Origin: Lingula anatina
Lineage: Eukaryota > Animalia > Brachiopoda
Direction: 5' to 3'
Assembly: GCA_051362555.1 (NCBI GenBank)
Contig: CM120648.1
Span: forward strand, 11,714,587 to 11,778,586
DNA length: 64,000 bases
Positions 11,701 through 22,273 of this stretch are shown here, in pieces (the stretch's first letter is position 1; each line of letters starts with the position of its first letter). The position numbers and the translations under genes are program-made. The notes under the pieces are model-generated. The model did no database searches, was not told the origin of the DNA, and worked only from the letters and a program-made list of their open reading frames with translations.

Positions 11701-13885
11701 CGCCACTTGCCAAGGGACCCAAGACGAACCCAAGTCCTGCAAACATCTCCATTATCCCCTTTGAAAGCACACACAAATAAAATTCATTAACAAGTGCAGG
11801 ATTATATGATGATGGTGGTTCAGTATAAGAAAAAAGGAAATTTTAAATGTTTGAGGTGTGTTTCTGCGCATGCGAAAGAAGTAGGCTGAAACGCATGCGC
11901 AGGGTATTATTACATTTCATCTCGTATCAATTTTATAGACAAAAGGGTTATGAAAATAAAAATAAAATCCACTATACTGAAAACACTTTTTGTTGGCCTA
12001 TAAATCACCTCATATATATTCAAACTAGCCAAAACTGTCTATGTAAACCCGTTCTCATAACGAGAATCACCGTGCTGTTGCTGTGCTGTTCTAGAATTAT
12101 AAACCTACTTACAAATGTCGCGGCAAAGCTACTCCTGAACTCCCTGGCAGCAATGGCGTAGTTGGCCACCATGGCCATGGCTGCTCCCACAGACTCCAGC
12201 ACACGGACTGATATCCCCAGGCCAAGGAACACGTCCCCAGAGTGCACCGCTCCAAGAAAACTAAACCCAATGTACAGATAAATTAGGGGGATTTAAAATC
12301 TTGGGAATGGTTTTACCACCGGAATTTGCTTTTAGATACTCGATCAAGTTACACTTCAGCTTTTTAAAGTATTCATTAAAGTTTGATTTAATTTTTAAAC
12401 CTTTAGATTTTATCAGTGGGTTCCGCTAAAGAAAACTGAAAAATGGATAACTCTAAGGTCTATCACACTTATTCTCTAAAATGCTACTTTCCAACGAGGG
12501 GACTAAACGAGGGGACTAAACGAACACATGCCCCCTCCTCTTTAGCTTCGGTGGTACCTCCTTCTCCCACAATACAAACTCCTCACCCCCACACCCTCAC
12601 ACCAAATAAAAAGATAGAAAGAAAGAAAAAAGAAAGAAAGACTTGCTTGGTTGGGTAACCAGTGTTCGCCCAACGTTGTTCAGCCAACTGCCGCCACCAT
12701 GATGATGGACCAACGTAAAGTTGATCACTGATGTACTCCGTTTAATACCTACCCAAAGGTTAAAGAACTGAGGCCAAGTACCATGAGGCCTATGGAGTAG
12801 CATCTCCGTGGACCTATCCGTGATAACTGAAAGAAATAAGGGGTCATTCAAAATGAGTTATGTCATAATTGACTGAATGGGGACTCTCGCTGAATGCGAT
12901 CAGCTAAAGTGACTGACACGCCTCCTCCTGTTTCCAATATCTGCTTCTCTGTGGTGTATTCAAAACCAGGGGGACATATAACTTTATCAATCGTACTGCA
13001 TTCAGCACGCATTAGCTAAACGGTTCTTTTTGGATTGATCCAACACTGTCCTGCAGTAACATATTTGGATTACCGTTAAACATGTCATTCCTTAAACACG
13101 TAATAATCATAAAATGGTTTGAGGCGTATATATTACACACATTAACTGTTACAAAGTTCTGAAGACAAGGTTGCTTGGCAACGCTGCATGACATACCTGA
13201 GAACCAATGAGGAGAGTGCAGCCAAGCATGGCGACGTCATAGCAACCGAAAATAGCTCCTACAGAAGTGAGAGACAGGCCTTTTTCTACTGCCTAGAAAA
13301 AAAAACAGTAACCCAGTTTAAGTTAAATATAACGTAAATGTGAACCGTTGTAACGAAACTGAGGGTCCATGTAACAGAAAGTCCGCCCTCCATTTAGTTA
13401 TAATGGTTAGGGTTAGCCTGACCTACATGTAAGTGGGTCAAAATCTAGAGGGAGGCTTAATTACCTGTACAGATGAATGGAAAGAGGACTCTATCATGTT
13501 GGACACGGCAGTAGATAATTTTGGAATATCGATGAGACAGAGAGAGGAAGAGGGAGAGAGACGGGGTATCCTTAGGGATGGGGTAACGAAGCGAGGCTAA
13601 AGTGTCTAGCCTTATACCATCAAAACCCTTTCTCTTCGCAATATGGGGAATCCGCCATGGACAGCAATACAGTGTACCTACTCTGTAACCTTTAAAACAA
13701 ACAGAAAAACAACTTACCTCGTCTCTCAAAAGTGGTTGCACAATAGAATAACAGCTATACATCATTAAGCCAGTGAGGCAACCGTTCGCCAGCGTGACTT
13801 TCTGTCGAGCACTCCATTTTTTACTGTCTCTGGCCTTCTCCCCACTTTCGAATGGTACATGTATGTCTTCACTTGTGGATGTCAT
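3380..13885 (-). CDS. SLC18B1: SLC18B1-like MFS transporter (vesicular amine/polyamine transporter family), 12 coding exons, 475 aa
   Basis: Exons 13885-13718, 13292-13197, 12826-12753, 12260-12113, 11758-11590, 7180-7047, 6560-6450, 6003-5897, 5697-5602, 5270-5196, 4741-4648, 3535-3380. All introns are GT-AG and phases join into one 1428-nt ORF. Motifs RVLESVGAAM, GIMEMFAGLGFVLGPLASGGLYQLGGFGLPF, GLPDDITTYGNLSALF and GLFIGPLFGG resemble SLC18B1. Confidence 0.9.
3957..4293. mobile_element. Kolobok-like MITE (TTAA TSD)
   Basis: TTAA|AGGGATAATAACTCTTC ... GAAGAGTTATTATCCCT|TTAA; related copies at 7394-11264 and 41682-42012. Confidence 0.8.
4298..4615. mobile_element. Harbinger-like MITE (TAA TSD)
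   Basis: Imperfect TIRs GGCTCTGTTCTC / GGGAACGGCCCC flanked by TAA; AGATCGATCT subterminal motifs; related copy at 27463-27662. Confidence 0.65.
4648..4741 (-). CDS. SLC18B1: SLC18B1-like exon 11 (LFIGPLFGGLISDHF...)
   Basis: tttag acceptor, GTAAGT donor. Confidence 0.9.
5196..5270 (-). CDS. SLC18B1: SLC18B1-like exon 10 (ADGLPDDITTYGNLSALFESFFGLG)
   Basis: tttcag acceptor, GTAAGT donor, family-typical TYG motif. Confidence 0.9.
5602..5697 (-). CDS. SLC18B1: SLC18B1-like exon 9 (ASWSVYLGGCTVGIG...)
   Basis: ttctag acceptor, GTGAGT donor, phase 2/2. Confidence 0.87.
5897..6003 (-). CDS. SLC18B1: SLC18B1-like exon 8 (NRNKLQIITG...LLGPAVPF)
   Basis: ttccag acceptor, GTAAGT donor. Confidence 0.88.
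6450..6560 (-). CDS. SLC18B1: SLC18B1-like exon 7 (VDSNLEGNYVMIG...GLVSSKF)
   Basis: ttctag acceptor, GTAAGT donor, 111 nt. Confidence 0.88.
6841..7004. mobile_element. Short TGT...ACA element (Ginger-like MITE or dispersed repeat)
   Basis: TGTAACG / CGTTACA ends, near-4-bp TSD (CTAT/CTAG); second copy in opposite orientation at about 13349-13500. Confidence 0.6.
7047..7180 (-). CDS. SLC18B1: SLC18B1-like exon 6 (...LFPALAQHLRD)
   Basis: ttgtag acceptor, GTAAG donor, phase 1/0. Confidence 0.87.
8544..8797 (+). pseudogene. Frameshifted CENP-B-type HTH fragment of a pogo/Tigger-like transposase
   Basis: LSYSDEAALVHYCLIMSDWGFPLT, then in another frame GFSASNGWWDRFMNRHPELSLRKP, the typical pogo HTH signature. 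Confidence 0.8.
9047..10088. mobile_element. Non-autonomous TIR element nested in the pogo-like remnant
   Basis: TIRs GTAGGGTAGACCGGGGCTAAACGCCC / GGGCGTTTAGCCCCGGTCTACCCTAC, GAG on both flanks, many GGGGCAAAACGCCC internal repeats. Confidence 0.85.
11302..11543. mobile_element. MITE with CCC-type TIRs
   Basis: CCCCTGCGAAAATTTGTCTCATTTAAC ... GTTAAATGAGACACATTTTCGCAGGGG; no clear TSD. Confidence 0.7.
11590..11758 (-). CDS. SLC18B1: SLC18B1-like exon 5 (GIMEMFAGLGFVLGP...)
   Basis: Antiporter motif-C region; caaag acceptor, GTACGT donor. Confidence 0.9.
12113..12260 (-). CDS. SLC18B1: SLC18B1-like exon 4 (...VRVLESVGAAM...AREFRSSFAATF)
   Basis: tttag acceptor, GTAAGT donor, phase-consistent. 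Confidence 0.9.
12753..12826 (-). CDS. SLC18B1: SLC18B1-like exon 3 (LSRIGPRRCYSIGL...)
   Basis: tttcag acceptor, GTAGGT donor, MFS motif-A-like loop. Confidence 0.88.
13197..13292 (-). CDS. SLC18B1: SLC18B1-like exon 2 (AVEKGLSLTSVGAIFG...)
   Basis: ttttctag acceptor, GTATGT donor, 96 nt, phase 0/0. Confidence 0.88.
13718..13885 (-). CDS. SLC18B1: SLC18B1-like exon 1 (MTSTSED...PLLRDE)
   Basis: ATG at 13885, donor GAG|GTAAGT, first TM helix; start codon choice is inferred. Confidence 0.8.
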
Positions 13886-14010
13886 TTCCGAAAGTTTTGA
13901 AGTATATATATATATATATATATATTTATACATAAAACATGCTCTGGCCTCTCTTAAACCGCAGTAGGTGATCGCAGATCACTATCCCCTTACTTTTAGA
14001 ACTTCCCTCC

Positions 14011-14019
14011 TTATATAAA
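14011..14019 (-). promoter_or_regulatory. Possible TATA box of the SLC18B1-like gene
   Basis: TATATAA about 130 bp upstream of the ATG; position only. Confidence 0.3.
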
Positions 14020-15443
14020 GATCAAAGCATGCCCTGTATATGTGTAGTATATGTATACCAATAACATGCTATAAATAATTAAGTTAACCACCGTCAGTTG
14101 GCGGAATTTGACCGTTTCACGGCTGCAGTATATTCGAGTCGACATTTAGTCCAGGACACACGCTTCATTCACAAAACCGCAACGATTATGCAGCTTGTGA
14201 AATATGCATGTCATCCACCTACAGGGTCCAACGTGAGAAAGACAGGGTACACGATGTGTCTCCGTTGAAAGGTGTGCACTTTTGTTAAACATGTCCCATT
14301 ATCCTCGCCAGGGCGTTTTGAAAGCTGAGTTTGAATGTAACCGGGCAGGCGTGACGGAGCTTGGGAGAACGAAGATGTATGAATATTAACCAGTGGGGGT
14401 TCATTACAAACAATACGAAGATAGCCCTTTCCCCGCTGCGGTAGCTAAGCCGATCTAGAACTATCGCACGGTTGATAGCTGTTTACCTGGCGAAAGTCGC
14501 TTTGTCCCGAAGTCGACAACATCAACTACGGTGTTCTGAGTGAAACCCACACAAATGCCCGCCTTCTGTAAGCGCTTGGCCTTTCCTCCCTTTTGTTTAC
14601 AGTAATTACTACCCTCAATCACTGAAACGAAGAAAGTAGACCTAACCGTGACTCATATTTTATGAATAAGATGTCACCTAGCTGGGACAAAGTCTGATAA
14701 CTGCGAAACGATTTGTTTTTGTGCTCGGAGTTTCCTTCCTAATGTAGTTTTCTTACCTTCAATAATAACATTAAAAAGGCGATTATGTGATGACACATGA
14801 AATTTCGAGAAAGTCAGGTGCACCTCGCGTTTAGTATTTTTCATATTCGCTCTGTGATATTTGAAATCATTTACCATGTGCTGTAAAAAATTGAAGGATA
14901 TTTTGAATTTTTTATATTGTACTGATTATTATTATAACAACAATAATTAGTTTATTGGTTTTTTCACTTAAATTCACTATTAATGAAACGTTGTATTCAA
15001 ACTTTTACGCAAATTAAATATGTTTATATAATTAACTTCGCCTTAGGTTTTCTTCAATAAAAAACTCGATTTTTTTCATTTTCCAGAACCCCCCCCCCCC
15101 CCTTTTTTTGCTGGGTACGGGCCCGGTACCGCGCCATTATTCAGAATTCAGCTCGCTAGAAACAGGTTTAATCTGCATAAGTGCCCAAAGTTTATGTGTC
15201 AGTAACCCCTTGGTTAAATGAATATTCCATTCTTGGCAAGGCTTTTTCCAGCGAACCGCCCAATTGGAGGACTGCTGGCATCACCAGACGGCCTATATTT
15301 TATAAAGACGGCTCCGCGGCTTACAAATCTTTAGAAAAATGACGACTTGGCTTGTCTGGGCGGCGGTGGACATCGTAGTACTCGTGCAAAATTCTCTTAT
15401 TTAGAGTAATTTGACATACCCGGCTTTTATGATGCGTCTCAAT

Positions 15444-18037
15444 AAGGTCGCGCGCGTTATACGTCACAGGTCTTGCGTTACTACCCACGTGCTACGATTT
15501 TTCCCTTGGGGGGCAGCAAGCGGACATTTTGTATAGGAGAAATGCAAAGATGGGTGAATACGATACGTTGTTTTTAACCGAAGACGATGTTCCCGGGGCG
15601 AAACTGCCAACACCAAAAGTAAAGGATCATGCCAACTTTGTTTTAGAACGATGTGGTTAGCCTGTCAGTGGCGAGTTGAGGAGAAAAGAGCAGCATTGAT
15701 AGCAAGGCACTGTGTACACGTGAACCGGCAAAGTTAATGATAATTTCGTGTTGCAAAAGCATAATTAATTTTTTTAGTTATTTTCCAAACGATACTATTT
15801 GAATAGCAGATACATAGATCTTACTAACAACAATGTAACATTTTGATGACATTGAAAATCAAAAGGTGATGTGCACGATAGTTTGAGGAGGACACGGCGA
15901 CAGCAAGTTATGCATGAAATTTTGCTTTATAACACCATATCATATGCTTGTGTCGTTGATAACTCTGTGGTATTGTTGCTATTATTGCTGCTCAAATTAA
16001 TACCTGATATTATTTCTCAGGCTACCAAGTACATATCAACTCATTTTTGTGGCAGTTGACCATTACATCATGTGTGCAGGTTATTATTATTATCATTATT
16101 ATTATTTGATCAAGCACATTTTGATAAAGTGGAGAGAGAGAGTCAGAATTCATGCTGAATTTTAAAATATTAAATCATCACTAGTATGTGCAATTAAAGC
16201 TATTTGATTATACATATTTGATTTTCAGTTATGATGATTATGATATGTGGTTTCTGCCTTTTTTCTCTCACCCTGAAATATAAATATACAGTATAACAAG
16301 TAAATTGATAGTGCTTTATTACATTTTTGCTTTATACTTTCAGATGCAAAAACTGCGTAGAAGTTGGTAAAGCTGTAGAGATTGATGTGAGCATAGATCA
16401 GGGGAAATAGTATTAGAAATACTAGGAGGACAAGACATAGATAATGTACTAGTAGATCCATCATCACTGCAAGGGTAGTTTGTGTGATCCTGTCCCTGAA
16501 ACTGTGCCACAAGTTTTCAACTGGTTGAGTCCTTACTAAGACAAGCCACTGCGGTGTGAATTGCAATATTTGCATTCAGGTTATATGTGTCAGATTGATG
16601 ACAAAAAAGACCTCCACAATATAATTCAAAGGAGTTATCCTTGCATCTATGCCTCATCAAAAGTACACAGTGACAGTGACTAAAACATTGTTTGCAAATA
16701 GTGAGGCAGTGAAGGCTGCAAGGTGCCATTGTTTTTCAGTATTAAGAATGACAGTATCTGTTTTTTATTACTTATTCATTTTTAACTCACTTTGTTCTTT
16801 AAAATGCCCATTCAGTTTAAGGTTGGTGGCAATATATGGTAAATCTGTCATGCCTGTACACATGTATGTAGAATTTCTCTTGCTCAAATTTCTACATTTA
16901 TTGAGGGCATTATGAAGTTTCCTGACTGATTAATGAGGTTACTTGTAGAAATATCTTGCCTACTCACATTTTGTGAAATTTTTACTACTTTATACATATG
17001 ATTATTTACATCTCATCATTTGTGTGTGAAAGGCACTTGGTATTTGCATTTTAGAACTGTAGATCTGTGTACCAGCAGATTTATAATGCAGTAATATATG
17101 TTGATGTTTCTGAAAATAATATTCATGTTTGATAATTAATTGGTTTGAAAAAAAATAACTCAAATAAAATTAATTCATTTTTTATTTTTCGTAATCTGTT
17201 TTTATTATTTCTTCTAAGCATTTAATCATAACAACTCCCATGATGTCAATATACTGTTATTGTGTAATAATACTGAAAGGTTCCAAGTTTTTATAAACAG
17301 GTTGATGCTAACGTATTACAGATAAATATAAGCATAACAGCATATTTCCTTACTGATATATATCGGACGTACCACTGGTATAATACCGGTAGAGATACAG
17401 GTAAAGATGACAGCATTGATAACTGGGTTTACGGCGCTATTAGTACAGCGTGGTTAGTGTCAGATTGTTATCTGATAAAGTTTGCTACTAGTACCTGGGA
17501 ACAAAAGGTCTGGCACTGGACAGTCAAGTTGATAAAATCACAAAAACGCCGGTAGAAAACAAAGCATACCTGCCCAACGTTGATTTGTTCAGATTCTTGA
17601 CTAAGGGGTGCGTTACAGGTGTCAAAGGCCAAGACTTAAACTTAGGGGTTTGGCATGTCACTGGACATTCCTCTCTATTTCTACCCAAATCTAATAAAGC
17701 CTCATTTGCTTAACTTTGGCCAAATTTCCAATATCTACAGGTTGTGTAGTTTAATGCTTCGGGATTCTCTGGCAGCGGTTAATGTTGGGGACACCTGTGC
17801 GGCCGGTCAAAGCACCTAGACCCACTTTTGCCATTGCCACATTTTCCATTGCCGTAAATATCAAATTTGTGAATAGAATGAGGAATAATGACAGTTATGA
17901 AAAATGTTCGGAAGTACTTGTCACCTTCGTCACAGTAACCACATGGGCTGTGCTGCCCCCCCTCCACAGGCGACACCTTGCGGAGCAAGCGTGCGTAATC
18001 CAGAGTGCAACCGAAAGTAACCTTGTCGCGCGACCTT
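15444..18037. mobile_element. ISL2EU-like element (AT TSD) with decayed SAP/SWIM ORF
   Basis: AT|AAGGTCGCGCG ... CGCGCGACCTT|AT; + strand remnants LTEDDVPGAKL (about 15550-15700) and GVILASM..QKYTVTV..AVKAARCHC (about 16630-16730). Confidence 0.65.
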
Positions 18038-18299
18038 ATTGAATACTACTACTGTGTAGTGCACGATGTTATTCAATAATGACGTAATTAACTACTACCT
18101 AAAGATTACAAAACACAATAAAATGTTTCCACTAACTTTTAAATACATAATGTACGCCGAACGCAGCGGTGACAAGAGTGACCTACATGTGTACATTCGG
18201 TATAAAATCGTGTAGGCCCTAAACGAAGTCTGAGCAAACTTATCGCCCAATTATGAAAGGGGACACCTTCCGGACCTTCATACAAGTACATACGGCACC

Positions 18300-18645
18300 T
18301 GGCAAAGCTGATAGACAAGAAGACAATTTTCCGATCTTCAGAGAGAGATCGTTCGCAATCCGACAGAAACGAAAAGGTAATTTTCATATTTGTTTAAGAG
18401 ACTTCGTTAGCCGAAGATCGGGAGCAGGAGATCGTTATCGATCCAATCGAGACGAGAAGGCAATTCTCATATCTTCAGCGGGAGATCATTCGCGATCCAA
18501 GCGAAACCAGAAGGCAACTTTCATATTCGTTCAAAGGACTTCGCCAAAGATCGACAGCCTGAGATCGTTCGCGATCCAAGCGAGACGAGAAAGAAAAGGA
18601 CTTCGTTCGCGTAAGATCGTCAGCCGGAGATCATTTGCGATTATT
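18300..18645. repeat. Diverged short repeats AGATCGTTCGCGATCCAAGCGAGAC, probably transposon subterminal
   Basis: About five GATCG-rich copies; they account for ORF 18253-18669. Confidence 0.6.
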
Positions 18646-20435
18646 TTTAACCCGCCCCAGCCCCCCTGAAATTTATTATTTTGTAAAGATAATTTTTCAT
18701 TTAATTTTACCTCCCCCCCCCCCACCCCTTGGTCACGGCACTTGGAAAAGTTGGACGCCCTGATATTTCGAAGGAAATAACGGATGGCAATTTTGGATGG
18801 CCTGTACCCCAAATCCTGGAAAAAAGCCTTGGTTCTGGGTGAAATAATATACTGGAACTTAATTAAATCGCGGGAATATTTTTAACTTTAAGCATTTTTA
18901 CTAAACTATTATACAAAAGTTATCATGTATGAAGCATAGAATTTTCAACTATTTGAAGATTACATGACACATCTCACTGACCTAAATTTGTTTTTCATCG
19001 CTAATAACTTATAATTGGGTCAACTGATGTCTGTGTTTAAGAAAGTAAAAATGAAAATGAACTAAAATGTTCATCTAAGTACATAAGGGTCTGATATGCA
19101 TCAAAAGGACCCGTGTGAGGCAAAACTACTATTGATTTTTGTTATCCCCATTTAAAGTATAATTACTTATGTTTTTTTTAAACATAGATTGGATAACTAA
19201 TACCGGTATGCCTTTATTAGGGATGTGATTAATCTATTTTTTAGTTTAAAATGCCTGTGACTTGGGATTTCAATCTTGCCATTGCTGACCTTAAAAATGT
19301 GTGCTTGGATTACAATATTGCCTTTGACACATTCATATTTAGCCGACTGGATGAATTTAAGTATTGTTTTCTTCTGCTGCAAAGGGTTTTAATATAGAAT
19401 ATGTAGAAACTTTGGCTTCTTCAGTGTATTTCTTTCTACTCCAGTCTATAGGTTTTTAACACGAAACTTTTGGGGCAAGGGGTATAAGAGAAAAAATGGA
19501 AGGAATTTGGGGGAAACTGCTTGAAGCTAGGAGTAGCAGAAGTTATGATTCCTATAAGATCCTAGCAAATTTGTCATCAATTCATCTCTAACCTCTTTGA
19601 CTATACAGTTTGAGATTTGGTTTGTCAGTTTCTATTTTGTTGTATAGGAGAGTAACAGGGTGTCATTGTTTTTCAAGGTGTCCTTGTTAAAATCTACATT
19701 TTGTCACAATAATTCCGCTTTCTTAAAAGTTGATATCTACCATGAGAAAATCTGTCTTGAAGTTTCCTGTTTCTCTCGTTAAGACCAGATTTCACATTCA
19801 ATCCTGTGGACTCCCGTTAAGGTGCTTATCAGATGCAGGATTATATGAAGCTACACTTTAATTATCATGGTGCGAAATATTCCCACGCTCGTTCAACACC
19901 TATTAATGGCTGCGTTCGGTATAGGGGATTGGAGAGCAGTCCAACGGTAAATCTACGGTACTCGACTTTACCCTACCACTTTAGGCAGAAGCACAATGCA
20001 TCCATAAACGAATAGGCCCACCATAAGTTCTCTATTTAAAGAAAAAAAAACGAACTTGATTGAGGCAATGGCAGTCAAAACATACGCGCTCAGTTTATTA
20101 GTTGTAATCACGTTCTTCGTGTTCATTAGTCTTAGGTTTTCAGTAGCTTCAACTCCCTGCCAACTTATTAATTCTGTCAAACTTCACGAGGTTGGTTTTA
20201 GAGCGCACGAAGATAGTGTGGCAAAATCGGTTGTTAGTGAAACCTGGCGGATTTCCTGCTTACCAACTCCAATAGAATGGTTAAGTTGAAGAGTAAGACG
20301 TCAAGCGCCAGTCATCTACTAGGTATAAGTGCATGTTTCACTTTGTAAGACAGGCATTGAGATAGTTTCAGCTTGTGAACGACTTTACGACGCTTTCCTG
20401 ATCTGCTCTGCAATCTTGCTGAAGGTGTGTAAGCC

Positions 20436-21575
20436 ATGAATGCGACTGAGATGTCGGTCAATGGAAGCTCATTTTTTGAAGGAGATGAAAAGGAAGAGGA
20501 CTTTCCTGACTTGGCGTTCATCAATATGTTCTATTTTACTTTAGGAGGCATTGGGGTTTCGCTCGTTTGTCTGGTTGGCCTTAGTCTGAATTCTCTTTCA
20601 GTGGCTGTATTTTCACGTTTCGAGAAATGGACCCCGACTGCATTCCTGTTGATATGCTTGGCAGTGGCTGATAACGTCCATCTGTTATCGACGCTTTGTA
20701 ACTTCAGCCTCCCGTCCATGTATCCGTATACTGGGTGGTTCCAAAACTACTTCTTTCTCCTGATGAAACACTCCCGGCTTCTGTATGGGTTGAAATATTC
20801 CATCTTCCTGATCCCACCCTGGCTAGTAGTGCTCGTAACGGTCGATCGTTATCTGCACCTTTGCTCAGACAACGCCCTTAGAAGTGGACCAACCGCACCC
20901 ATCAAGGTTTGGGCGTTTAGGGTTGTTAGCGTCGTGGTTTTTGCCTTTCTAACCAATGTCCCACTGTATTTCTTAAGATCCGTGCCTGAGCGTCCTTGCC
21001 CCCTGAACACAACGTCCCCGGTTTTTTGCCTCGGCGCCCCTTTACCAGTTTCGGAATACCACAATGTGTATATTGCCTTTTTTTACATTTTTGTGCACTT
21101 CCTGATTCCTTTCATTATCGTTTTGACTTTGAATGTGAAGATGGCTCACAGCATGAGGGTTCTTGCTAAGAATCCGACCATGGTTGCCATGCACAAGTTA
21201 GGCGTTCATCGTACTTTGATAAAAATGACTTTGGTCATCGCCCTTACCACTTTGGTGCCCTCCTTAACTGTGGCTCTGTCTACTCTATTTGCACTCTTTG
21301 GAAACCATCGCAATGCGCAAGTAAGCGAAATGCGATTCATGGCTTTTTTATCCCCAGTTATGATTTTGTTGTTTACACTTAGCTCCTGCATAAATTTCTT
21401 CATTTACGGCCTTTTCGGAAAACAATTCAGAAGCACTTTGAAGTCGCTTTGCTGCAACCGAAAGCCAAGAAAAGTGGAACAAACTGCTCGTGCTGTGGCG
21501 GGACGCAGCAGAAATGAAGAGCCGGATAAGACAAAGCCAGGCGTGCCAGCTATCAGCACCATAGGTTCTGCTTGA
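20436..21575 (+). CDS. Rhodopsin-family GPCR, FMRFamide/peptide-receptor-like, intronless, 379 aa
   Basis: Seven hydrophobic segments, GLSLN in TM1, LAVAD in TM2, VDRY in TM3, SCINFFIYGLFGKQFR in TM7/H8, N-terminal NAT and NGS sequons, CC after helix 8. Confidence 0.92.
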   Translation: MNATEMSVNGSSFFEGDEKEEDFPDLAFINMFYFTLGGIGVSLVCLVGLSLNSLSVAVFSRFEKWTPTAFLLICLAVADNVHLLSTLCNFSLPSMYPYTGWFQNYFFLLMKHSRLLYGLKYSIFLIPPWLVVLVTVDRYLHLCSDNALRSGPTAPIKVWAFRVVSVVVFAFLTNVPLYFLRSVPERPCPLNTTSPVFCLGAPLPVSEYHNVYIAFFYIFVHFLIPFIIVLTLNVKMAHSMRVLAKNPTMVAMHKLGVHRTLIKMTLVIALTTLVPSLTVALSTLFALFGNHRNAQVSEMRFMAFLSPVMILLFTLSSCINFFIYGLFGKQFRSTLKSLCCNRKPRKVEQTARAVAGRSRNEEPDKTKPGVPAISTIGSA

Positions 21576-21889
21576 GCAGGAAAAACCAACCTTCTATAAC
21601 AAGGTAAATGATTAATATAGAATACGTTTGTTTGTCTTTGACATTTTTCCTCTCACTATTATTATTATTATTATTATTATTACATAGGTTGCATGCAGGT
21701 ATAGATAGATAGACAGATAGATGCCTACTCTGACATCTTGACTACATAAAGTAACTCAGGTACATAATTTTTCTTTCCCCTATTGTCTGAGAATAGTCCA
21801 ACTTTCATGGAATCACAACATAAACTTTCAGTCAGCTACAGAAAACCCTGTTTCCTATTGCAGGTACCTGGGTAAGATGAAATTTTCTG

Positions 21890-22235
21890 ACATTTTTCTG
21901 TGGAACATACGTTGTATAGCATTAGCCATGACGCAACGCCTCTTGTGTTACAGTTTAAATATTTATAAAAATCATTACGTCATGTATAATTTACCATGAC
22001 TGAATCACAAAATATATCGGAACGTGATGTAAAAATAAAAAGTAAATGACCCGGAACACACGTCAACCGGAATATATATTACAATTTAGGCTCCATGGTA
22101 AAAATTCAGATAAAATTGAGACAGTTGTGGATTTTTGTTCTATACACATACAGGTTTTGAATGAATACAACTTCAAAATTCAGCATGTGACACTTCAACA
22201 TGTAAAATGCTCCTCTATATTGGGTTTGGGTGTGA
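21890..22235 (+). repeat. Dispersed repeat, second copy at about 35941-36332
   Basis: Collinear similarity from ACATTTTTCTG.GGAACATACGTT to TGGGT.TGGGTG. Confidence 0.7.
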
Positions 22236-22273
22236 GGAATTGGCCTTAGAAAACTTTATCACCCAGTGCAGAG

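Larger units (their letters stand above)
15237..18831. mobile_element. hAT-like non-autonomous element
   Basis: CAAGGCTTTTTCCAG / CTGGAAAAAAGCCTTG ends, degenerate 8-bp flanks ATTCTTGG / GTTCTGGG. Confidence 0.55.

Noticed and set aside
18253-18669. 138-aa Arg-rich ORF
   Set aside because: Arises from GATCG-rich subterminal repeats; no recognisable domain or splice context
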